A DNA stretch of 63,750 nt from Octopus bimaculoides (GCF_001194135.2 NC_068983.1:158867975-158931724); one strand, 5' to 3'; positions 24,461 through 38,730 are shown, numbered from the stretch's first letter. A program made the numbers and translations. The notes: generated by a model not told the origin, from the sequence alone.

Positions 24461-24720
24461 GTGGAGGTATGAAGCTTAGTGGTTGGCATGTTAGACTCAT
24501 AATTGTAAAATTGTGGTTTCAATTCCCGGACTGGGCGACATGCGTTCTTGAGCAAGACACTTCATTTCACGTTGCTCCAGTCTACTCAGCTGGCAAAAAT
24601 GAGTCAATCCTGTGATGGACTGGCGTCCCATCCAGGCTGGGAATATATTTGCCATGAAACCAGGAAACCACAGCCCTTATGAATTGGTGTGACTCGAGAA
24701 GGTAAATTTACCTTACCTTT
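24461..24720 (+). mobile_element. tRNA-derived SINE with a V-domain-like segment
   Basis: Shared head, then CCTGTGATGGACTGGCGTCCCATCCAGG (24609-24636) and tail TTTACCTTACCTTT. Confidence 0.7.
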
Positions 24721-27212
24721 TTATTTTCTGCTTATCCACCCTTTTGTACCTTGAAACCTCATCTTTACCACCCTGTCTTCTTTCATTGCTAGGTACCAAT
24801 CTATTTTCCCTACCGCAAGGCACTTGTTCCTGTCCCTCTTTCCTGCTTTAGTGTCTCTACACTTGGCAGCAAAAGAAAACCCTTCTCAGTACTGCACCCA
24901 CCATTCTGTCTTGTGAGTTACTTGCTGACCCTACGAGTGCTAATGCTACAAAAACGTCACCCAGTACACTCTGTAAAGTGGCTGGTGTTAGGAAAGGTAT
25001 CCAGTCATAGAAACATGCCAAAGCATACATTAAAAACCACCACAACCCTCAGGCTAGTCAGATCCTGTCAAACTGTCCTACTCAATCCAGCATGGAACAA
25101 GGGCATTACATGATGATGATAATGATGATGATGATGATGATCACATTGCAGTAATTTGGTTTCAAACAAGTCTCATATAAATCTTTCTATCTCCATCTCT
25201 CTATGACATATTTCCTATATTTTTCTCTCCTCCTTCCAATTCTTTACTTATAAATTGAAACTATCTATTGATATGTCAATAACATACTCTATGTGACTTT
25301 TATTAAAAAAAACAAACTGTCTCTTCTCCACCTTCCTCTATATTGCCTCCTTGCCATTTAAGAGTAGAGTATCTCAGTAAAGAAGATAACCATCATTTTA
25401 CATGAGCAGGAAGTAACAAGATGACTAGTTACTTTTTTCTGGTTGTTTTATTAATAATCAATTCATTTGGTTATACTAAATTACAAAAAACAATTCTTAT
25501 GTCTTACTTATATAATTGTCATAAATTATTTTGCCATTAATGTATGAGGCACACAAAAGAAAAATAATAATAAATGAAAAAAGCTGAGCAAATTTTGCAA
25601 CCATAGTAAAATGTTATTCATATTCAGTAACTTAATGAGAAATTATAATGTGAGAAATATTGATCTGCTTTTGTGTTAGAATTTGATTCAGCAATAAAAC
25701 CCTAATGAACATGACAAAATATTAATATTTTTCTGTTCACTCTTTGCTGACATTTGTAAGAAAATGTCAGCAACGAGTCTTGAACTATTAATTTCACATA
25801 ATAATTGAACTCTCTGAAAAAGGTCAAGTCATAGTAGCAGATGTATGCTATTCAGTTATGTCTGTTAAACATCATAACAAATATAGCTTATGCCACAGCA
25901 ATTGGTCAACTTAACAACTATCTTTATTTGGATTCCAATGTTTTTTCAATAGACATTCCAGGATGTGGATTTTAAGTGTTACTATTTTTAACTGGCAAAA
26001 ATAACCAGCTCACAAATTGTAACAGTTTCTCAAAAAGAAAATGAAAAGAGTTTTGAAGAACATTAATTTGGCAGTGAACTATTAATTGTTTTTTATTACA
26101 TCGATACATATTAACTACATTTATAAATGCTGACTGTGTATGAGACAATTTACTTCTTGGAAGCAAAAATCCATGTTTCATTCGCATGGAAATCCATATT
26201 TGATAGACACTTTACTTTATAAAGAACTAGCATAAAAGCCACCCTTAAAAGTTGTGGAGGGCTAATTGGGCTTGCAGCCCCAAACTAAACAGAGCTAAAC
26301 AGCATGACTGTAATATGCCTATAATGACTATATATCCCGGTGGTGTTTGATCAGAGATTAAGGAGAGATGAGAATTAATTTTGTAATGCAACCATTCTAT
26401 TGTTTCAGTCCCAAGTTGAATTCCAACTGTTGACCAATTTGTCTCAAAGTTCTTCTCTCGAAGTAAAGTTAATGAAGCAAATATCATTTATCTCCCACTT
26501 GATCTCTGACATCATCTGAGAAACGCCAACCAAAATGGCATGAATCAGACAAGCTCTATCAGCTAGGAATAGCAACCCAAATGCTTTTAAATCAGATCCC
26601 AATGTTGGATGTTCAAGACCCAAGTAAAAAGCACATTTTCAATCCTGGGATCATTCTGATTCCAAAAATGTATGATATGTCTATGTAGAGCAAATGTAGA
26701 CTGAGATTCAGGTGTCCCACGTGGACAGGCAGAATTTCGTTTTTATTATAACGGATGAGACAAGAAAAAAAAAAGTCAGAAAAAATAAGTAAAAGAACCT
26801 TACTTTGCAACCGTGTGGTCTCTGGTTCAGTCCCACCACATGGTGCTTTGGGCAAGTGTCTTCCACTACTATAGCCCCAGGCCAGCTACTGCCATGTGAG
26901 TGAATTTGGTAGACAGAAACTGTGTGAAAGACTGTTGTGTGTGTGTATATACCGAGGAAATTATGTGTAAATGGAGAATTCTACGAGGTATAGTACAATG
27001 CAAAATACCAAAAGGAACCTCACCTCTTATATCTCACCTTTCTTCCTCCTTTAATGCCGATGTGATATAATTTCTTGGGAGAGAAATACATTTGCGGCTG
27101 AAGATAGCTTTATATTGTCAATTATACACTGATATAAAGCTTGAAACACGTGTACCGCAGAATCCTTTGTGTTTTTGTTTTTATTTTTTGCATTTACAAT
27201 TTNNNNNNNNNN

Positions 27213-27266
<54 letters not shown>

Positions 27267-27289
27267 TTTTGCAATATTATTTTATTCAC

Positions 27290-28250
27290 TTAGTTTTACA
27301 TCTTTACGCTTTTATCGCCTTCAAAGTATTCTCCATTTGAAGCAATGCTTCAGTCCAGGCATATTTTCCACTATTTGAAGCAGTGCTGGAAATTTTGGTT
27401 TAGTGATGCCTTTTAATGCCTCTGTAATTTTTTTACTTTACCTCTTCTACATCTGCAAATTCCGTAGCACCAGCTTCTGTCACCAGTGATGACCTTCAAA
27501 AAGGTTTGGATCAATTTCCAACTGTTCTTTCAGTTCACGACACCCATTCAGTCATGACAGCTTTTGATCTTCATCATCATCATCATCATCGTTTAACGTC
27601 CACTTTCCATGCTAGCATGGGTTGGACGATTTGACTGAGGACTGGTGAAACCCGATGGCTACACCAGGCTCCAATCTGATTTGGCAGAGTTTCTACAGCT
27701 GGATGCCCTTCCTAACGCCAACCACTCCGAGAGTGTATGCAAATTAGGCACAAATTTTGCTGCAACTCTTTTCATTTGCAACTCTTCACTCAAAATTCGT
27801 TGGCAGGAGCACCAGAACAGGCCACTCATATCAACAAGTTTGTCAATTGTTTGGCAATAGTCCTCCAAGGTCACTTCATGAATTTTTATGAGATTTTCAT
27901 TTGTTCAGGAGGTTAATGGTCATCCTGAACAAGATTGGTCTTCAAGTGACAAGTAACAATTCCTAAAGCGTGGAAACCACGTGTAAACTTGCAGCATTCT
28001 TATAAGTTGTTTGAAGCATGACAACTGTTTTGGCTGCCATTTTCCCCAGCAGAAAACAGAATTTCACAGGGAGAAGCACTGAAAAACAAAGATGCACCAT
28101 GTGACAGTACGGCTCCATCCAATGCTGCCAGTCAGCATACTGATGCCTGAGGGTCACATCAACTGGCTCCTGGCAGTGGAAGCTTGAACTACAGTGGACT
28201 TGTCCCTCAGAGAACGTTTCTGATTATTGTTGTGTATCCCCTTGAATATA
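27290..28250 (-). mobile_element. Internally deleted mariner relic interrupted by a family B copy
   Basis: KFCFLLGKMAAKTVVML, ILSEELQMKRVAAKFVP, VITGDRSW and CFK*WKICLD*SIASNGEYFEGDK. Confidence 0.85.
27571..27735 (-). mobile_element. Repeat family B copy inserted in the mariner relic
   Basis: Near-consensus sequence. Confidence 0.9.
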
Positions 28251-28267
28251 TATATATATATATATAT

Positions 28268-28490
28268 ATCATCATCATCATCATTGTCGTTTAACGTCTG
28301 CTTTCCATGCTAGCATGGGTTGGACGATTTGACTGAGGACTGGCGAACCAGATGATTACACCAGGCTCCAATCTGATTTGGCAGAGTTTCTACAGCTGGA
28401 TGCCCTTCCTAACGCCAACCACTCCAAGAGTGTAGTGGGTGCTTTTACGTGCCACTGGCATGAAGGCCAGTCAGGCAGTACTGGCAATGA
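28268..28490 (-). mobile_element. Repeat family B copy
   Basis: Near-consensus sequence. Confidence 0.9.
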
Positions 28491-28914
28491 TTTGGAAACA
28501 AGTTTCTCAACCATACAACCATGTTTATGCCATTAACAGGTAACACACCTCTCTTAGAGTTGTGACTATTACTTCACATTATAATTCAAAGGTTAAGCTT
28601 TTGCCATCCAAGAGAAAGAGATTGCTGTTAATATCTGTTGGACAAAAGAGACTATAATATATATATAACATAATATATATAATATATAATATATATATAA
28701 CATATATATATATATATATAACATATATATATATTATCATCATCATCATCATTTAGTGTCCATTGTTCATTCTGGCATGGGATGGACAGTTTAACCGGGG
28801 CTGGTAAGCTGGAAGGCTACCACCAAACTCCAGTCTGATTTGGCATGGTTTTCTACAGCTTCCTAATGCCAACCTTTCTAACACCAAACATGACATAATG
28901 CCAATGTCTGACAC

Positions 28915-29480
28915 ATTCTCCTGCTACATTCTCCTCTTCCAGGCCTTCCAAGCCTGTTTTTTTGCTTTAATGGCCCTGTTTACAGTATTGTTCCACCACC
29001 ATGTTACCTGAGGTCTGGAAGGGACTTTGCACCAGCCACAGATTTGGTCTGTGGCACTCAGCAAGCTGTTTCACAGGAATTCCAAGCTGCTTTCTATGTC
29101 ACAGGACTGTAGCGCCTCCTCCCTATTATCAAATTTCTTGGTAAGGATATCCCTAAATCTCTGACCATGTGAAAGGTTTTTAAGCTTCCAAAGCCTTCTT
29201 TTCTGGATTGGTCTGCTTTTTGGCATCCTTCTGGCCTCGAGTCTAAAGTCACTAACAACTAGCCTATGTTGCAGAGTACATTCTTCACCAGGGAGGGTCT
29301 TTATATTTAAGAGCAGCCTTGCATCCCGCTGTTTGGTGAGAATGAAATTAATCTGGCTAGCAGAATCACCTGATTAATAGGTTATCAGGTGGCTAGCTGG
29401 TTTCCTGAAGTTGGTGTTGCATATCAATAGGCTATTTGCATCACAGAACTCCAGGAGTGTAGTTCCTTCTTCATTTCTGG
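28915..29480 (-). mobile_element. RTE-clade LINE fragment (APE endonuclease C-terminus and linker)
   Basis: RNEEGTTLLEFCDANSLLICNTNFRKPASHLITY...HRLVVSDF...TWWWNNTVNRAIKAKKQAWKAWK. Confidence 0.9.
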
Positions 29481-30059
29481 TAGCAAAAAAGACTAAGTAC
29501 TGGGATTGACTTGTTTGACTTACACCCTTTATGATGGTGCCCCAGCATGGCCACAGTTCAGTGACTGAAACAAGTAAAATATAAAAATATATAAATCCTC
29601 ATTTATTTATTTGTTTCTCAATACATTTACAAAAAAGTAACCATAAATACATATTCCTTTGTATCTGACAATAACAGACACCCAAAATGCGAGAGAAACT
29701 ATGAAATATGTCACTTATCTCATTAAGCTAGTACACATATAATGAGTAGCTGACTGAATTTGTCATCAAAGTACTACTTTCATATGTGGCATAAAATTGC
29801 TGCTAAAACAATGTACAAAAGAAAAAAGGGATAAATGTAATAGGAAAATATTCCTCTTATGATCCAACACATGGAGCATTCTACTCAAAGCTTCTACCTT
29901 TATATAATTATTTAGGACAGCAAATAAACACTGCTGTAGAGGTTAGCTGTCCAGCAGATGCAAATATTTCATTTAAAATCAGCAACACTGCAAACATTAA
30001 ACCCAGATTATAAGTTTACATTTGTAATGATAATCATTGAAGTACTTGGTTATGTTACA

Positions 30060-30545
30060 AATTGTTTAAGTAATAAGTTGATTTTCCAACAAAGAAATAC
30101 ATCATCAAACACAGCAACCCTCAAGTGAGAGGCACTTGGCTCCCAAGGGTAGAATTTCAAATCTAAAGAGAAGAATTTTAGCCAGAGAAGGAATTGGAGA
30201 AGAATGTTAAATCTAAGGTAAGGAATTTTAACCAGTGGAGAATTGGAGAGGAATTTCAATCAAAGAATGATCTCCAAACTGAAAAAGAATGTATCTTGTG
30301 CACTTTATATATCAAATGAAATATCAATATACACAACTATCAGGACAATTACAAACCAACATTTCTCAAAAAAGAATTGCTGCTTCAGATTTAATCCCAT
30401 TTGGGATGATCACTTATTGAGATTTAGGAAACCTGCTCATGGTTGTATGATACTCAAGTTCAGCAAATGCTTTTGACTTTTCTCATTTACTTAGTTAAGT
30501 GTGCTTTTAGTGCTGCTGTGCATATACTGATTAAAAAAACAAAAA
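30060..30545 (+). pseudogene. Decayed hAT (Buster/Charlie-like) transposase C-terminus with an internal tandem duplication of about 45 bp
   Basis: LLTFLIYLVKCAFSAAVHILIKK resembles the hAT dimerization motif FPxSYLVExGFSAV. Confidence 0.45.
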
Positions 30546-30794
30546 TGTATCAACATTTGTGAATGTAGGGACCTTTGAGCAAAACTAACTGGATTTGTTC
30601 TTTGGGTATTCTTGTTCAATTTTTCTGCACACAGACCAAAATGGACACTAAATTAAAGGGAAGTTTTATGATCCATTTTAAATAAAGTTTCTTTTTTATA
30701 TATAAATATATGATTTTAATTAAAATTATTAGTTTCAGAAATTTTTTTGCAATAATTGCCACAGTAAAAGTGTAATGGTGCATAAATGACTAAA

Positions 30795-31040
30795 TCATCA
30801 TCATCATCATCATCATCATCGTTTAACGTCCGCTTTCCATGCTAGCATGGGTTGGACGATTTGACTGAGGACTGGTGAAACCAGATGGCTACACCAGACT
30901 CCAATCTGATTTGGCAGAGTTTCTACAGCTGGATGCCCTTCCTAACGCCAACCACTCAGAGAGTGTAGTGGGTGCTTTTACGTGCCACCGGCATGAAAGC
31001 CAGTCAGGCGGTAGTGGCAACGGCCACACTCAAAATGGTA
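30795..31040 (-). mobile_element. Repeat family B copy
   Basis: Near-consensus sequence. Confidence 0.9.
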
Positions 31041-32344
31041 GATATATACATAAATATATATGATGGGCTTCTTTCAGCTTCCATCTGCCAAACTCAGTCG
31101 TAAGGCCTTGGTTGACCCAAGGCTACGGTAGAAAACATTTGCCCAAGGTGCCACACAGTGGGACTGAACCTGGAATTATGTGACTGGGATGCAAACTTTT
31201 TACCACACAGTCATGCCTGGATACTTTTGGTAAAATAGGCCTAGAAAGTGTGACGGTAGTGCTCATAACCTATTATAGAGGTGTGAGACTGATGGGAAGG
31301 AGATATGATGATATTGCCAAAGCAGAAACCTGTCAGGAATGCTTGGACAGACAGAACTCTTCTAAAGCAGCCAGGGTGCCAGGTGATGGTGTTAAAATGG
31401 GCAACAGGTTAAGCATATCAGCTGAGTAGGCCATGATGTGATTTGAACTCAGAATACAAAGAAGCAAAACAATTATTGCAAGGCATCGATGCCAATGTTA
31501 TTACAATTCTACCGATCTACTACTTTGGATTTATCAAAATGGGAAGGAACCGAAAAAACCTGGGATCCCATGGGGAGGAATATATTTGGACACTGAAAAT
31601 CACTGATTTGGCACATATCCTACAAATTCAGTCTGTAAGCAGAAGAATGAAAATATGCCAGACCTTTCTACAAGTCGGCATAACATCCTTTGTTATTGTT
31701 CTTATCTAAATTCTAGAAACCAATCTCTTCTTAAAGGAAATTTTCAAAGAATTAAAAACAAAAGTAAGAGATATTCCTAAAATCTTAGATACAGGATTCT
31801 AGCCTCTCCCGTAATGACTGATGTCGCAATTTAATGCTTATAATTTTGCAGTTTAATAACAAAAAATAGCTATAAAGATATGAACTAGAGAAGCCTTTAA
31901 ATACTCATAGAAGTAAATGTTATGTTAGCCATGTCACAATTCTATGATAGTCATTACACTTATAATATTTTTTCATTGTAACATGATGCTCTTGAAAAAG
32001 CAATGATATCTATAGAAATTACTTCTTTATATAATAGAAACATTCCACTGAAATCTCTGCTCAACACATTTGGTAATATCATCAAGTCAGGTTCGATCAG
32101 TTACTCAATAAAAATGGTTATTTCTTCCAATGTCAGTAAAAACAAAAATATTTGTGGACAGTTGTTTTGGAATCTAGAATGTCTATAATCTGATTGAAGG
32201 ACAACATTTGTACCTATAATCAATGAAGCTCTTGGTTATATTAGAAAATACTTAAGCAATAAGCAAAAGTTTTAGTTGACAAAAGGAAAAAAATCTTGAA
32301 AGTCAAGTTCTATTAAATTTAGTCAGTATGTAGGGCAGATACTC

Positions 32345-32732
32345 TCTTTTACTTGTTTCAGTCATTTGACTGCAGCCATGCTGGAGCACCGCCTTTAGTC
32401 GAGCAAATCAACCCCAGGACTTATTCTTTGGAAGCCTAGTACTTATTCTATCGGTCTCTCTTGTCGAACCGCTAAGTTACGGGGGACGTAAACACACCAG
32501 CATCGGTTGTCAAGCGATGTTAGGGGGACAAACACAGACACACAAACACACACACATACACACACATACATACATATATATAACGAGCTTCTTTCAGTTT
32601 CTGTCTACCAAATCCACTCACAAGCCTTTGGTCGGCCCGAGGCTATAATAGAAGACACTTGCCCAAGGTGCTACGCAATGGGACTGAACCCAGAACCATG
32701 TGGTTGGTACGCAAGCTACTTACCACACAAAC
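32345..32732 (-). mobile_element. SINE family A, near full length
   Basis: Head, internal (CA/TA)n and tail. Confidence 0.9.
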
Positions 32733-33239
32733 ACTAAGCAAATCTTTTCTATGATTTTGTATAAAACTTTACAGTTCATACTGCAGAATTCCAAGGAAGT
32801 TTACTTTTAGTTTGTTACTTAATTATTAACCATCTTATTTGTAGGCAAAAGTTAAAAGATATGACGACACAGATATATACAGAAATAACTAACAGTAGTT
32901 TCTGAAAAAGAAAATACCAGCTACGTAACTAATAACAATGCTAAATAAAACATTAAGAGCTAATCAAACCTTGTTTTGAAACATTTTTTAAAAAAATCCT
33001 GTTACTTAAAACAGTGGGAAATAATTTGACAGAAAAGGAAATAGTTGTGACCTTGATAAATTAATAGAAACAGAAACGTGGTATTATTTGGTATTGTAAA
33101 AATATGAATAAATAGAAATTTGAAACTACATACATAATATAATAAGAACCCAAGCATCTTAAGAAAACAAATCCTCAGTTTTTCAAAATATTGATTTCTT
33201 GCATAGGCACAAAGTTATATTTGGGAACGGTGTAGTTGG

Positions 33240-33468
33240 TTAACCCTTTAACAATTAAACAATTATTAACCAAAATATTCTAACAGTTTTATGTTGAAAC
33301 CAACCAGATCCAGCCTCTCACACCTACCCTACAATGTCATTATAGAAATAAACAATATCATCATCAAAATTTCAAAGCTAATTTCAAAATAATGCATGAT
33401 TAATTAAAAACAATGTGAATAAATAAGCATTACATTTGAAAGAGTAATATGAATCCTTAAGGATTGAA
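33240..33468. mobile_element. piggyBac-like MITE, same family as 40-466
   Basis: TTAACCCTTTA start; CCAGATCCAGCCTCTCACACCTA is the reverse complement of part of the 345-466 segment. Confidence 0.7.
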
Positions 33469-34629
33469 TTGGTCTAGTATTTAGCTGGTTCTTATTTCAA
33501 TGACCCTAGTATTTTGAAAAACAAGTTGATCCCAACCATTTTACATTTATAGCTGCTTATTTCTTGATTGCAAAACAATGACAAATATTTATAGTTACAG
33601 CATTTGTATGTCTGTCAGAAAAAAAAAATAACTCTCTTTCTATCCTAAGGATAATATACATATGATGTGGCAATGAGACAGACGCTGTTGGCTTTATGCA
33701 GAGGCTTTAACTTTGTTTATATGATCTTATAATGATCATGAATTGGTAACACAGGATGATATTAGAGAAATGCTAAGTGATCTACTGGTTTTGGTACTAT
33801 GCTTAACTTTACCTACATGCTTAGTTTTAGGTTGAATAATCCTACCAGAATAACTTGCTCTAGACACACTACATAAAGTTTAAAGTATTCAATGATGCTT
33901 CAATGATTTAAAGGGTTATGGGACTCAATGTGATACCTCAATGAACCTAAAAGTTCAGTCATAAATGATGACAACCTCAGTTATACTAGAATATAAAGTC
34001 AAACAGGTTAGACTAAGATAATAATGTTCGCATGCTCCATGACCTCTACATTAAAGAATATAATGAAATTAAAAAAAAAAAAGTATTATATACCTCTTAG
34101 TTTATAAACTCTTTGATAAACACTCACTTAAGAAATTCTAATGTTCTATTTCTTACTTTTCAGGATTTGACTGTCTGCATCAGTTTTCACATTCACTATC
34201 CTTGTGACATTTTGCTTCTGTTATATATCATATGTCTTACTATCTTTTATCATTCAGTTTTTCTTCAGAAATACAATAAAATAAAAGTTTTTCCTGCTGT
34301 AGTATATCAACTGGAATTCTAGCCATAAAGCATTTCCTTTTTATTTCTCCTTATCCAGCTGTTACACAGCCTATTGAATTGACTTAATTTCCTTTCAGAA
34401 AAATGCATTTACTAAAACATAACTTTTCACTATGCACAAGTTATTTTTAGCTTCTCCTCAAAAAAACAACTTTACTTTGAAGAAGGGTCTTGCTTGAAAT
34501 GTTAAATATTCTTTCCCAGCACACCAACAAACCTACTTTATGTTCTCTTATGACCCTATTCTTACATACTCACAGAATTGCTGACAGATTGTCACAACTA
34601 ATATTGTAAACTAATTTCACACACACACA

Positions 34630-34666
<37 letters not shown>

Positions 34667-35289
34667 ACACACACACTGATATTGATATTAATAACTAATA
34701 CATGCAATGTACTGATTTTGTATGGAGACAATAGCCTAACATAGTTTTATATTTAGGAAGAAGTTTTTAAATAACTTTTAAATTTCAAAAGAAGCTATTA
34801 GTTTTAAGATGGCACTGACCATCTAGNNNNNNNNNNNNNNNNNNNNNNNNNNNNNNNNNNNNNNNNNNNNNNNNNNNNNNNNNNNNNNNNNNNNNNNNNN
34901 NNNNNNNNNNNNNNNNNNNNNNNNNNNNNNNNNNNNNNNNNNNNNNNNNNNNNNNNNNNNNNNNNNNNNNNNNNNNNNNNNNNNNNNNNNNNNNNNNNNN
35001 NNNNNNNNNNNNNNNNNNNNNNNNNNNNNNNNNNNNNATATACATACTCTTTCTCATAAATCTATTTCTGTTTCATGTCAGTCTTCCAAGTTTACATGGA
35101 TGATAACAGGGTATCATCAGTGAAATGGAAAAAAAAGCCCCCCCCACACGCACATATATTGTGTTACAGTCTGGATGTCCTTCCTAGCAACCAGTTCCTT
35201 CAGGCATTATCTATAAATAAATTATGAATATGCAACATCTTTTTTTCAGAAAAATATATTTGATAAATAAATATAAGCAGGAAATGATA

Positions 35290-35500
35290 AGATTTTGCAG
35301 CAATTGAAGTAGAAACCACTGAATATGGCTTGATATGTAACAGAGGGAAAAGATGACAAATATTGAATTAAAAAATGCTGTGAATTCTGGTAGAAGATAT
35401 CCAAAGTAAAAGCTGATTAAAGATGACATGAAGAAACTAGGTAAGAGAAAATCTGAGTTATATGGACCCCAACAAATGAGTTGATGTAATATTAAAATAT
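35290..35500 (+). mobile_element. Old RTE-like LINE, 3' relic
   Basis: NSGRRYPK*KLIKDDMKKLG resembles the RTE C-terminus. Confidence 0.45.
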
Positions 35501-35952
35501 CTGAAGATATATTATCCTGTAGATTTTTCCAGCAGGGAAATGATGGTGATGACACAGCTGCCAACACTGCCAACAACAATGATACAATTTTATTTATCAA
35601 TTCTGATGAAAATATTTACTGCAAAATATATTGATAATTATATTTTCATCATCAACATCAAAGTTTAATGACAGATGTCATGTCACCTAGTTTAACATCA
35701 CTGCTACTTGACTTTTGAATTACTTTAGTAGAGTCCGTTCTATATAACGACCCAGTCAAGGTTTCTGTTTTGAGGATAACTGCCCCGCTTCCTCCCTAAA
35801 GATGTTATGGGTAATACCTTGTTGACTTGGGTAAGCTGGGTTCATGTTACCCCTGTGCTTGCAACAATTTATCTATAGTATGATAAATCACCCTACCTCT
35901 TGATGTTGCACCTTTTCTTAACTATGCTGGATCTATGAGCTATACTCATATA

Positions 35953-36060
35953 GAGTGGAGGCACAATGGCCCAGTGGTTAGGGCAGCGGACTCGCGGTCA
36001 NNNNNNNNNNTGATCGGATCAACTGGAACCCTCAACGTCGTAAGTGACAGAATGCCAACA
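35953..36060 (+). mobile_element. SINE family C split by an assembly gap
   Basis: tRNA-like A box TGGCCCAGTGG before the gap; family C 3' end after it. Confidence 0.6.
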
Positions 36061-36129
36061 CACACACACTCATATAGAAAAAAGTCTCTTCATTTGCTGC
36101 CCACTTTTGCAGTCAGCAACATACAGCAC

Positions 36130-37500
36130 ACATTCAGTCAGTCATCTCAAAACTATCCCTATGCTCTCCAACAGGTTCACCACCATCTACACATAGATAT
36201 CAAGTATGAAGACACCACTGGTTGCTTCAGACTATTGTGGCTACTGGCTTTGGTATTGTTATTTCCATTACTCTCAAAGACTGTAACCCAGAGTTAGCCC
36301 CTGCCCTTCCCAAAGATTTCTACTCTTTCTACAATGATATATCCAAATCCAGGGAAACATATGACATTATGTCTCATTCTTAACAAGGGCAACTTTTCTG
36401 ACTTCACCATTGTTCCATTGCATTCCTTTCCAATATCTCAAAGATGATGGTGATAGCCTTTAACAACAATCCTCTTCCACACCTTGGGTTCCTCTCTCTT
36501 CTTAATGTCTACCAGTACAACTTTCATAAAGCATCTATTTGGAAGCCTCCGATTCATTACCACTCACAAAGAGCTTTTACCCTGAAAAAAATTTGGTGGA
36601 AATAATTTTGTTATACCTGATGTATTCAATGTCAAATGGTCATAAGTCCATCTATGGACTCCATTCAAATCCCATTTCTTGGATTGGTGATCTATTATGG
36701 TATCTGCTGATACAGATCTCTGGGCCTACACCAAATCTGGTGTGCACCAAAGTTCAGTTTTGTCCTCTATGTTCTTTCAATACACCAAAAAGTTTCTTGT
36801 ATTCACCTTCAGCAATGTCTCCACCTATGTAGATGATGCCATTCTCCATTTCATTCTAAACTTCCACATAAAAGCATTGTCTGCATACAACCAATATACC
36901 TTAAGTCACCTACACTGACTCCATAAACAGATACTTCTAAAACCTTTTTTTAGTGGTTTGTGCTAATCTTGTTTCTGTCAACTATACAGAGACACAGTCA
37001 CTAATTATATCATGACCACAATTTTGCACACCACCTCCCCTAAGACTGAACACCTCACAGCTAGAACCCTCAAGAATGTTGCAAATATCAGCCTTCATAG
37101 CAAAAGCTTCATCACAAAGACTATTTTCCTTTTCAGACCTGCAAAATATTTCATCCCTCAACAACTATTAATGTTCAACAAATATCTACAAAGCTCTGTT
37201 TACTGCTCTCACATTTAGCATGGTGCTACAGCTATACATACAAAAATCCTTCACCACATCTACGAAAAAGGTTACTCGGTTGATTGATATGAAGTCATAC
37301 TCTTATCTCTAGCTTTTCTATCAATACAAAAGTGAACTCTGATGTTTGACAATGACTGGCCTCATGGCATTTCTCAAACATTCTTGACTTACATGTATCT
37401 TCATCTCTCATTACCCATGTTGTGTTCACCATCCCATTAGCACCACCAAACTAACCACTATTCCAATTCTTCTTCCTCAGAACATTGGTCAGCTGAAATC
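36130..37500 (+). mobile_element. Decayed CR1/Jockey-group LINE, reverse transcriptase region
   Basis: LKDCNPELAPAL, YGLHSNPISWIGDL, SGVHQSSVLS, TYVDDAILH, FLFRPAKYFIPQQLLM and YCSHI*HGATA. Confidence 0.85.
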
Positions 37501-38433
37501 CCTTCCTACATTGTTATCTTTGTTGTTGTTGTTGTCATTTAACATCCACTTTTCTTTACTTGCAATGGTAAAATGGAATTCATTAAGGTAGTTTTTGTAT
37601 ACCTAAATGTCCTTCTTCTCACCCACATTCATCTTCCCATGGCCAGAAACATTTTCCATAGAAAACTGGAAAGATACAAAATTGCTTGTATGATCACAGT
37701 GACATTCAGTTACAGCTATAACATGTTATCAAGACAAGGTATACCCAAACACACACAAACATACACATATACATGTATATTATGAGCTTCTTTCAGTTTC
37801 CATCCAGCAAATCTACTCACAAGGATTTGGTCAGCCTGAGACCATAGCAGAAGACATTTGCCTAATGTGCCACACAGTGGGATTGAACCTGAAACCACAT
37901 GGTTAAGAAGCAATCTTTCGAACCACACAGCCACACCTATGCCTTTGTTTTATTTCTTTCTTTATATCACAGCTGTCAACTTGCGTTATTCAATGGGAAC
38001 ATTAATGCTGTCAGTCTCACCAGTGTCAGAGAGGATGAAGACGTCATGAGCAGACTGCCTTTCTCCAGACAAAACCAAACAGCATCAAAAGCTATTGTAA
38101 ATTTAAAGAAAGACTTTCAAGTAAGTTATAAAGCTTGTAGTTACCTGTTGCTTAATTTACTGGAAATATTTTAGGTTTTATCTCTAGCATCGCTTAAGAT
38201 TCTACATCAAGTATAAATACTAAATTACCCAGTATACAAAATGACAGATTATTTAGTGTAAATATGTAGAGTAAACATTCAAACATTGTCACTATCTTTG
38301 CAAATTCTGCATTTTACCTGGAATTTTTGGTCCTCCAAAATCATCTTGGTGAATGAATCAAACTACCTTTTTTTGGGTTGTAATTTTGGTCTGAAAAAGT
38401 TGACTTGCATGCTGGAAAATATAGTATGTTTTC

Positions 38434-38730
38434 ATCAGCATCATCATCATCATCGTTTAATCTGATTTGGCAGAGTTTCTACAGCTGGATGCCCTTCCTA
38501 ACGCCAACCACTCTGAGAGTTTAGTGGGTGCTTTTACGTGCCACTGGCACGAAGGCCAGTCAGGCGGTACTGGCAACAGCCATGCTCAAAATGGTGTATT
38601 TTACATGCCACCTGCACAGGAGCCAGTCCAGCGGCACTGGCAGCGATCTCGCTCGAATGTCTTTACACGTGCCACTGGCACAAGTGCCACTGGCACAAGT
38701 GCCAGGAAGGCGAGCTGGGCACAGCCATAT
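38434..38730 (-). mobile_element. Repeat family B copy with an internal deletion of about 80 bp
   Basis: CGTTTAA joined directly to TCTGATTTGGCAG. Confidence 0.85.

Noticed and set aside
25744-25773. 12-bp hairpin TTGCTGACATTT...AAATGTCAGCAA
   Set aside because: A single short stem with no context; could be chance.
35953-36000. tRNA-like sequence
   Set aside because: It is a SINE head whose body continues after the gap. I found no complete tRNA cloverleaf anywhere in the window.
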